In this document: positions 40,405 to 48,799 of the stretch, in pieces
How the letters are laid out: every line of letters starts with the position of its first letter
Numbering within the stretch: the first letter of the stretch is position 1
Assembly: GCA_013138975.1 (NCBI GenBank)
Contig: WTBR01000050.1
Coordinates: forward strand, 3,123-67,122
Direction of reading: 5' to 3'
DNA length: 64,000 nt
Source: Bacteroidales bacterium
Lineage (GTDB): Bacteria; Bacteroidota; Bacteroidia; Bacteroidales; UBA12077
Notes under the pieces: generated by a model
The model's input: only the letters and a program-made list of their open reading frames with translations
The model's database searches: none
What the model was told of the DNA's origin: nothing
Made by a program: the position numbers and the translations under genes

Positions 40405-42444
40405 ATGAAACTTAAATTCAAAATACAACAAAAAATACAGTTCTTTATTATTTCTGCTTCAATAATAATATATACAGTAGCTATTGGATATATTAGTATA
40501 AACGACAGAAAAGAAGCATTTAAAAATGCTTCTCTTATAACAAATGAAATTGTCCAAAATTATGCTATAGATATTTCAAATCAATTAAACTCAGACATGA
40601 GCATCGTCAAAACTTTATCATACTCCTATCTTGTTTATGATAATATGCCAAAACCTCAGTGGAAAAAGATATTTAAAGATATGTATTTGGAGGTCTTTAA
40701 AAAAAATCCTCATTTTTATGCATTATGGGATAGTTGGGAATTAAGTGCAATCGATCCTAATTGGACAAAAGCTTTTGGAAGATATTCTATGGTTATTTCA
40801 AAAGATATCGATGGAAATGCTTTTCCCGATTCCACTTATAGAAGCATGGAAGTAGAATCGCAAATATATGATAAGATCATCAAACTGAGAAGAATTCCTT
40901 CTATTTGGGAACCATATCTCGACAATAATAAACTTAATGAAAATAAAAGAAGTCTGATGACTTCTTTAAATTCACCTATCATAAAAAATGGCGAATATAT
41001 TGGAATCGTTGCTATCGATATTACCTTAGATAATTTTCAACAAATAATTAAGCAAATAAGTCCCTTCGAAGGTAGTTTTGCTTATATGATTTCAAATGGT
41101 GGACTAATTGCTGGACATCCTGATCGTGAAATATTAAATCAAAAATTAGAAACTATATTTCCTGAAGATTTTAAAACATACAACATACAAGAAAAGATTA
41201 AAGCAGGAGAGTCTTTTAATTATATTAGTGAAAATAATGAAGGAGTAAAACTATATTATTCATATGCGCCTATAATTATTGAAGATACAAATACTCCTTG
41301 GTCAATAGCTATTTCTGTTCCAATAAATACAATAATGGCTAAAGCAAATCACAATTTTAGAATATCAGTAATTGTTGGAATTATTGGTATACTCCTTTTG
41401 GCACTAGTTATATTTATTATTGGACGTAATATAGCAAACCCTATAACTAAAATTACAAAGTTACTAAAACAGCTTTCTAAAGGTCATCTCGATGATAAAA
41501 TGCGAATACATATTAAGACAGGTGACGAAATTGAAGAAATGACCGAAGCCCTTAATGTCTCTATTGAGGGTTTAAATAAAAAAGTTGAGTTTGCAAATCA
41601 TATCGGTCAAGGAGAATTAAACCATACTTTCAATTTATTAAGTGAAGAAGATATTTTAGGGAAATCGTTAATTGAAATGAGAAACAGCCTCGTTAAAGCA
41701 GACGAAGAAGATGAAAAACGCAATATAGAAGATGAAAAACGGAGATGGACGAATGAAGGTGTAGCTAAGTTTGCAGATATTTTACGTCAGAATAATAATG
41801 ATCTTGAAATTCTTGCTACAGAAATTATTACAAACCTTATAAATTATTTGGAAGCAAACCAAGGTGGTGTTTTTATTTTAGATGATAATAATAAAGAAGA
41901 TATCCATTTTAATCTTCTTTCTGCATATGCATATGATAGAAGGAAATTTCTGGAAAAACATATTGAACTTGGAGAAGGATTGGTTGGTAATTGTGCTATT
42001 GAAAAGAAAACAATATTTCTGATCGACATTCCTCAAGATTACGTGGAAATTACTTCAGGACTTGGATCTGCTAATCCAAATTGTTTATTAATTGTACCAT
42101 TAAAGCTTGATGAGAATGTTCTCGGAGTACTTGAAATAGCTTCTTTTAAAGTTCTTCAAGATTTTGAAATTGAGTTTGTCGAAAAATTAGCTGAAAACAT
42201 TGCCTCCACTTTATCATCAGTAAAAATAAATATTAAAACTTCTGAATTATTAGAACGTTCGCAGCAACAAACAGAAGAAATGGCAGCTCAGGAAGAAGAA
42301 ATGCGCCAAAACATGGAGGAATTGCAAGCTACTCAGGAAGAAATGCACAGAAAAGAAGATCGATTGAAGGGAGTTATAGAAGAAATGAAAGAACATGAAG
42401 ATAAACTAAAGAAAACAATTGATAAGTATAAGAGTAAAATGTGA
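40405..42444 (+). CDS. Cache-HAMP-GAF-coiled coil receptor 4 (one unit, no PAS)
   Basis: Paralog ending in coiled coil. Confidence 0.85.
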   Translation: [679 protein letters not shown]

Positions 42445-42471
42445 TAATCCACATTAAATATTTAATCCAGC

Positions 42472-43863
42472 ATGAAGAATAATATTTTTTTTACAATTGA
42501 TAAAGAGAAATGTGTTAACTGTCATCAATGCATTGCAGTTTGCTCAACAAAATTCGCAAATAATGGAATTAATGAAATAATTGAAGTTGTTAATGATTTA
42601 TGCATAGGTTGTGGAGAATGCGTTAAAGCCTGTTCTCACGATGCAAGAATTCCAATTGATGATTTTGATTCAGCAATGACTGCTTTACAACAAAAAGAAA
42701 AGGTAATTGCAATTATTGCTCCAGCTGTTGCATCAAATTTTCCCAATCAATACTTAAATTTAAATGGATGGCTTAAATCTCTTGGCATTGAAGCCATTTT
42801 TGATGTAAGCTTTGGTGCTGAACTAACTGTAAAATCATATTTGGAGCATATTCAGAAAAATAAACCAAAGCTTGTTATTGCACAACCTTGTCCTGCAATT
42901 GTTCGTTATATTCAAATTTACAAGCCAGAATTAATACCTTATTTAGCACCAGCAGATAGTCCAATGGTGCATACAATGAAAATGATTAAACGCTTTTATT
43001 CAAAATATAAAGATCATAAATTATTAGTTGTGTCTCCTTGTGTTGCAAAAAGAGTTGAGTTTGAAGAAACAGGAATAGGTGATTTTAATGTAACCATGTC
43101 CAAGATTCAAAACCATTTAAATGATAATAAAATCAGCTTAGAAGATTTTCAGAAAGTTGAATTTGACAATGACCCTGCTGAGCGAGCTGTTTTGTTTTCT
43201 AGTCCTGGAGGATTATTGGAAACTGCAGAACGAAAAGTTCCGGGGATAAGATATCAAAGTAGAAAGATTGAAGGACCTCATACTATTTATAAATATCTTG
43301 AAAAATTAGAAAAACAATTAGAAAAAGGAATGACTCCTTTGCTTATTGATTGTTTAAACTGCGAATTAGGGTGTAATGGCGGAACCGGCACCAATTGCTA
43401 CGATAAATCCCCTGATGAACTTGAATATTATGTAAATCAAAGAAGTATCGAGGCACAAAACAAACAAAAAACAACAGAAAACAACAAAATAACTACAGTA
43501 CAATACGAACAGCTAGTTGACAAATATTGGGAAGAAGGTTTATATGATAGAACATACGAAGATTTATCTTCAAATACATCAATCATTAAAATCCCCACAG
43601 AAGATGAGCTTCAAAACATCTACACTTTAATGGATAAACACAAAAAAGAAGATCATAAGAATTGCTCTAGTTGTGGATACGATTCTTGCGAAATTATGGC
43701 AGTAGCTATTTTTAACAATCTTAATAAAGCTGAAAATTGCCACCATTATTTACATGAAGAATTAAATACAAAGACTGTTGAGGCAAATAATCAAAAAGAT
43801 GAAATTATAAAAGATTCCGAAGCTATTTTGAGTTTAATTTATAAAATTCGACAATCAATCTAG
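42472..43863 (+). CDS. [FeFe]-hydrogenase-like Fe-S protein (sensory group C/D-like), no output domain
   Basis: CVNCHQCIAVC and CIGCGECVKAC; AQPCPA, SPCVAKRVE, DCLNCELGCNGG; C-terminal CSSCGYDSC...NC. Confidence 0.88.
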   Translation: MKNNIFFTIDKEKCVNCHQCIAVCSTKFANNGINEIIEVVNDLCIGCGECVKACSHDARIPIDDFDSAMTALQQKEKVIAIIAPAVASNFPNQYLNLNGWLKSLGIEAIFDVSFGAELTVKSYLEHIQKNKPKLVIAQPCPAIVRYIQIYKPELIPYLAPADSPMVHTMKMIKRFYSKYKDHKLLVVSPCVAKRVEFEETGIGDFNVTMSKIQNHLNDNKISLEDFQKVEFDNDPAERAVLFSSPGGLLETAERKVPGIRYQSRKIEGPHTIYKYLEKLEKQLEKGMTPLLIDCLNCELGCNGGTGTNCYDKSPDELEYYVNQRSIEAQNKQKTTENNKITTVQYEQLVDKYWEEGLYDRTYEDLSSNTSIIKIPTEDELQNIYTLMDKHKKEDHKNCSSCGYDSCEIMAVAIFNNLNKAENCHHYLHEELNTKTVEANNQKDEIIKDSEAILSLIYKIRQSI

Positions 43864-43899
43864 ATTAGAATAACATTGCCAAAGAAACAAAAACAACTA

Positions 43900-43938
43900 A
43901 AAAGCCCCAAAAGTGAGAAATACACTTTTGGGGCTTTT
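43900..43938. terminator. bidirectional intrinsic terminator
   Basis: AAAAGCCCCAAAAGTG-N7-CACTTTTGGGGCTTTT. Confidence 0.92.
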
Positions 43939-43967
43939 GGATAGTATTAATATACTTCAAAAATATC

Positions 43968-44954
43968 TTACTTACACTTTACTACATGTTTCATTTGATA
44001 ATCAGCAGTTTCAGCATAATCACCTTTATTTGCTTTTCCATAAGCATCACAAGCACTTGCATTATCACCTTTTCCGTAATATGAATTACCTAGCTCATAA
44101 TATATCTTAGCATCTTTTGTTGTTGTTTCAGCAACATCTCCCATAAGTTCTAAAGCCTTATTTCCTGCTTCAATAGAAGCATCCCATTTAGACTGCTTAT
44201 TGTAAATTATAGCTAACTGATAATATATATTTGAATCTACTTCTTTGTATTCCATTAAAGTATTAAAATACGTCACTGCTTTGCTATATTCTTTAGCTTT
44301 TACAGCATTAGCTCCAGCTTTTAAATAAAAACTGCTAGCTAATTTCTTTGCAGTACCTTCTGTTTTAGTATCTTTCTTTGCAATAGCAGCATTTATAGCA
44401 CCGTCTACCGAAGTCTTAAAGTTGGCTTCATCATCTTGAACTTTATAAACCTGCGCTTTTCTAACGTAAGCCATTGGATATTTTGGATCTAATTCTAATG
44501 ATTTATCTAATGCTTCTATTGCAGCCGTATAATCCTTTGCTTTAAGTAAACTTGCACCTTTAGCATAATATACTTTAGGAATAGTAGATGTAGCTTTTTT
44601 TGCCATTTTTGCATCTTCGTATGTTGCTGCATACTCCTTTAAAGTTTCAAAAGCAGCTACTGACTCGTCATATTTTTTTTGCTTGTATAAACCTATAGCA
44701 TATTTATATTGCATTTTAGGAATTTGTTTTGCTGCAGTCGCTCTATTTTCATTATCTGTTTCACCTAATTCATCGTAAATACTAACACATAATTTAAAAG
44801 CATCAAGTGCTCCTGCATAGTCTTTTGCTGACGATTTTGCAGCTCCGTCTTTTAAAGCATCAACAGCTTCTGTTGCAGTTTGTGCGTTCACATTAACTGC
44901 AAAACCCAACATAATAATCATTGCAGCTATACTTCTCAAAAATTTCAATTTCAT
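43968..44954 (-). CDS. secreted tetratricopeptide repeat protein
   Basis: Signal peptide VNAQ; multiple TPR units. Confidence 0.9.
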   Translation of the reverse strand: MKLKFLRSIAAMIIMLGFAVNVNAQTATEAVDALKDGAAKSSAKDYAGALDAFKLCVSIYDELGETDNENRATAAKQIPKMQYKYAIGLYKQKKYDESVAAFETLKEYAATYEDAKMAKKATSTIPKVYYAKGASLLKAKDYTAAIEALDKSLELDPKYPMAYVRKAQVYKVQDDEANFKTSVDGAINAAIAKKDTKTEGTAKKLASSFYLKAGANAVKAKEYSKAVTYFNTLMEYKEVDSNIYYQLAIIYNKQSKWDASIEAGNKALELMGDVAETTTKDAKIYYELGNSYYGKGDNASACDAYGKANKGDYAETADYQMKHVVKCK

Positions 44955-45098
44955 AGTAATAATTTTTTAGTTATTCGGATTAAATTTCCCTTTAGTTTTT
45001 CGGTGCTAAAAGTATAAAAAGCATATTAATAATAAAATTTTTTTAAGATTTAATTTTATATATCTATTAATTACAATATGTTACGTCATAAATGCTTG

Positions 45099-45737
45099 TT
45101 AATTTGATTTAACTAGTTCATAAACAATCTGATTTTCTGAAAAAACTATTTTTATTAAATCAAGTACAATTAAATTAACCAATACCTTTTCCGCTTTATA
45201 CCTGGAAAGCCCGGAAATTTTTATAAACCTTGAAAATGTTATTGCTTTGTTTTCGTTTAAATACTCAAATAACTGTCTTTCCGGTTCGTCATATCTAATT
45301 AATATACCATCGCCATGTTTCTTTTTGTTCCAAGCTTTTAGATATATATTATTAACGATAAAGTTCTGATCATTTACCCTAATATAAACACGAAAAACAC
45401 CTTCTTTATTAGGTGCAGCTACTAAAAAATCATCATTTAACTTTGCGATACTTACTTCCAATATTGTTTTACCAAGTAAATTCCATGCTTTAGTTTCAAA
45501 ATACAGAGAAGGCTTACAATACATATCAGCAGCAGCCTGAACCATATAGTATTCCTCATCTCCATGCACTCCGGCTATAGATCCATTATCGCGCACTCCA
45601 ATAAGCAATTTACCTCCATTAGTATTTGCAAATGCAGCTAATGATCTGGCAATTTTTTTTGAATCGCTTATCGAATGCTTAAAATCAAGCTTTTGATGCT
45701 CTCCTTGATTAATTAAATTAGAAATGTATTCGCTCAT
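45099..45737 (-). CDS. Schlafen/AlbA_2 domain protein with C-terminal winged helix (likely start MSEYIS)
   Basis: GEHQKLDFK, LAAFANTNGGKLLIGVRDNG. Confidence 0.88.
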   Translation of the reverse strand: MSEYISNLINQGEHQKLDFKHSISDSKKIARSLAAFANTNGGKLLIGVRDNGSIAGVHGDEEYYMVQAAADMYCKPSLYFETKAWNLLGKTILEVSIAKLNDDFLVAAPNKEGVFRVYIRVNDQNFIVNNIYLKAWNKKKHGDGILIRYDEPERQLFEYLNENKAITFSRFIKISGLSRYKAEKVLVNLIVLDLIKIVFSENQIVYELVKSN

Positions 45738-46086
45738 TAAAATAATTTTTAAAAGGCAATCTAAATTATATAATAAAAACCTCAAATTTATGTATCATAT
45801 TGCTCCTAAAAAAATATTTCATATCAAACAAATTTCTTTTTATTCCTTAATACCAATTTGGATAAATACTACAAAACATTAACCAACAATCTTTTATCAA
45901 ATATTTTTGGTTTCTTTATTTATATTGATTACAAATAAAGTGTAAAAGTATAGACAAGTCTCATTTCTAACGATATTAAGATCTTTGAGTCGGTTTATCC
46001 TTATTTCTATTTTTTTGAACGTTAAAAATTTTATTGTAACTTGTTTAAACATTTAACACATTTTTTTAACTTAAAACAATTTAACT

Positions 46087-46935
46087 ATGAAAAAATTTTT
46101 GTTTAGTGCAACATTTTTATTTAGTGTTGCTTTAGGGATTATGCTTGTTGTTAACTCTTGTCAGAAAGACACTGACCTTACTGAACCTCTAGGAATGGAA
46201 GAACTTGTGTCATACAGTTTTGGTTGGATACCAGCTCCTGAAGATGTTTATGCTGCAATACCTGTTGCAGAGGCATTAAATTTAAAAGTTTTACCTACTT
46301 CAGTTGATTTAGTTGTTCCTCCAGTAGGAGATCAAGGAGGAGAAGGATCATGCGTTGCTTGGGGTGTTGCTTATGCAGGTCGAAGTACTAGCTATCAAAA
46401 TACCTACGGTGGTGCATATAGTACTAGTACTAATATTTTTAGTCCTGAGTATGTTTACAATCAAATAAAAGTTACTGACTGTGGCAGTGGTGCTTACACA
46501 ACGGATGGTTTAGATCTATTAGTTGATCAAGGTGTTTGTACTTGGAGTACTATGCCATATACTGATGTTGATTGTGATGATATGCCAAATGCAACTCAAA
46601 TAGCGGAAGCAGCTAATTATAAAATTAGTTCATATGCAACTGTTGCTGTAACAGAGGCTGCAATTAAAGAGCAATTAGCAGCAGGCAAAATTGTTGTTGT
46701 AGCAGGTACCGTATACCCTCAATTTATGAATTTAGGATACGATGAAATTATTACAACTGCACAAGGTCGTAAGTATGGTGGACATTGCTATGCTTGTGTT
46801 GGATATGATGACGCTAAAGATGCATTCAAATTTATGAACTCTTGGGGAACTAGTTGGTCTACTAACGGATTTGGTTGGATTGATTATGACATAATTTATA
46901 AATATTGGCGCGAAGCTTATGTGCTATATGAATAA
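46087..46935 (+). CDS. C1 papain-like cysteine peptidase, lipoprotein
   Basis: Lipobox VNSC; DQGGEGSCVAW, GGHC, NSWG. Confidence 0.93.
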   Translation: MKKFLFSATFLFSVALGIMLVVNSCQKDTDLTEPLGMEELVSYSFGWIPAPEDVYAAIPVAEALNLKVLPTSVDLVVPPVGDQGGEGSCVAWGVAYAGRSTSYQNTYGGAYSTSTNIFSPEYVYNQIKVTDCGSGAYTTDGLDLLVDQGVCTWSTMPYTDVDCDDMPNATQIAEAANYKISSYATVAVTEAAIKEQLAAGKIVVVAGTVYPQFMNLGYDEIITTAQGRKYGGHCYACVGYDDAKDAFKFMNSWGTSWSTNGFGWIDYDIIYKYWREAYVLYE

Positions 46936-46955
46936 TTAAATTACTCAATACAGTT

Positions 46956-46986
46956 AAAACCGATCATATAATTTGGTCGGTTTTTA
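46956..46986 (+). terminator. intrinsic terminator
   Basis: AAAACCGATCA...TGGTCGGTTTTTT. Confidence 0.8.
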
Positions 46987-47239
46987 TATTATAAAAGTTC
47001 TTAAATACTCCCCTATTTTAAATGTTTTAACCTTTGACTTTTCTGCTGTCATTAAATATTAATTTTCCTGAATAAATTATTATAATATACTTTTTTCAAT
47101 TTTATTTAGATTTATTGCCATTTGAAATATATTATGTACAATAAAATTATCGCCATTAACCAGAAAATAAATTACCAAAGCAATATCTACTTATCCTTGC
47201 TATATTTTACTAGTGTCAGTCAATGATGCTTTTTCAGTT

Positions 47240-47900
47240 GAAATCCTGTCAAAGTCAGAATGACCTGTCAGAGTTTTAGCACCAGACTCTGACAGGTTTG
47301 AAAAACTCTGTCAGGTCAACCCGAAACTTAAAGCTTGACTTGACACTAGCCATACGCTTTTTAGCTTCTACCTTAAGCCAATAAACGTTATAAAAAAATC
47401 ATTCTTAAATTCATATTTGGTTCTAGATTTTAAATTTATATTTTTGCTATTCATAACCAGATACATTATATTTAGTAATATTAAGTTATTCAAGTTCATA
47501 TTGAATGACTTACTAACTAGTGTCAGCAAGAAAACTGCCTTTTTTTCAAGTCTTTGATAAAAAAGCGTCAAAGACATTCCAATAACTATCGGAATACGAA
47601 GTGTTGGAAACCAAGGAGTTTACTTTTGTAAGTGCGATGTCTGAGCTTGTCGAAGTAATTGTTTTCAATACGAGAGTAACGCAGAACATTGCAAAGCTCA
47701 CGAACACAAAGTTATAATTATTAAACTTGTGAGTAATTTGGCGCTTTCTTGCAAAGACTAACTAGTATCTGTCAATAAAGTTACGTGTTTGATTCATAAA
47801 GTTCGAATTCAAGGCTTGTGAAGTCCTGGAATTGGGAGTTTACTTTTGTAAATGACCAATTATAGGGCGAGCGTAACGAAGAAGTCGGACTTTATGGACA
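47240..47900. repeat. REP/MITE-rich intergenic region
   Basis: CCTGTCAGAGT/ACTCTGACAGG pairs (47264-47315); repeat copy B (47527-47770) with inserted CTGAGCTTGTCGAAGT; partial copy C GGAGTTTACTTTTGTAAATGAC (~47835). Confidence 0.75.
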
Positions 47901-47917
47901 AACACTAACTAAACTTT

Positions 47918-48748
47918 ATGTGCATGAAAATATTATCATCCATAAATAAAGAGCAAGAATATGCATTAATTGAGAAACAAAAAAAAGACCTCAATGATAG
48001 TATACACTATGCAAGCTACATTCAAAAAGCCTTACTACCTTCGAAAAAGGAAATAGATCGATATTTTCCGCAAAACTTTGTATTGTATTTACCAAAAGAT
48101 GTAGTAAGTGGGGATTTTTACTGGTTTTACCGTTTAAAAAATAGGATTGTTTTTACTGTAGCTGATTGCACCGGACATGGTGTTCCCGGGGCTTTTATGA
48201 GCGTTTTGGGAATTTCCGCACTTAATCAAATTGTACTTAGTCATAAAAATATTTCAGCTGGCGGTATATTAGATCTTTTGCGCGAACATGTGATGAAATC
48301 GCTTCATCAAACCGGTACTGCCGGAGAGCAAAAAGATGGAATGGACATTGCACTTGGTATTATCGATTTTACAACAAATCAATTACAATTTGCCGGGGCT
48401 TATAATCCTTTGTATCTGGTTAGAAACGGAAGATTAATTCAATACAAGGGTGATAAGATGCCCATTGGGATTGATCCAGTTGAAGAAAGACCTTTTGTAA
48501 ACCATAATATATTACTTGAAAACGACGACATGCTTTATATGTTTTCTGATGGTTATCCTGATCAGTTTGGTGGAGAAAATGGAAAAAAATTCAAATACAG
48601 ACCTTTCAGAGAATTATTAATTAGTGCCAGTGACTTACCCGTTAAAGAACAACATAAATTGATTTATAAAACATTTTTTGATTGGAAAGGAAAACCCAGC
48701 CAAATAGACGACGTGTTAATTATTGGTATTCGCTATGAAACTCATTAA
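47918..48748 (+). CDS. stand-alone SpoIIE/RsbU-type PP2C phosphatase
   Basis: SIHYASYIQKALLP, VSGDFYW, ADCTGHGVPGAFMS, KDGMD, SDG, IDD. Confidence 0.95.
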   Translation: MCMKILSSINKEQEYALIEKQKKDLNDSIHYASYIQKALLPSKKEIDRYFPQNFVLYLPKDVVSGDFYWFYRLKNRIVFTVADCTGHGVPGAFMSVLGISALNQIVLSHKNISAGGILDLLREHVMKSLHQTGTAGEQKDGMDIALGIIDFTTNQLQFAGAYNPLYLVRNGRLIQYKGDKMPIGIDPVEERPFVNHNILLENDDMLYMFSDGYPDQFGGENGKKFKYRPFRELLISASDLPVKEQHKLIYKTFFDWKGKPSQIDDVLIIGIRYETH

Positions 48749-48799
48749 GCATTACAATTGTTATATATAAAATGATTTAAAATATTAATTACAGGGATT

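Noticed and set aside
45099-45737. Schlafen/AlbA_2 gene as a defence system
   Set aside because: It is short, lacks an effector or ATPase fusion, and has no defence or mobility context.
47368-47577. 69-aa ORF
   Set aside because: It runs through repeat copy B and low-complexity intergenic DNA.
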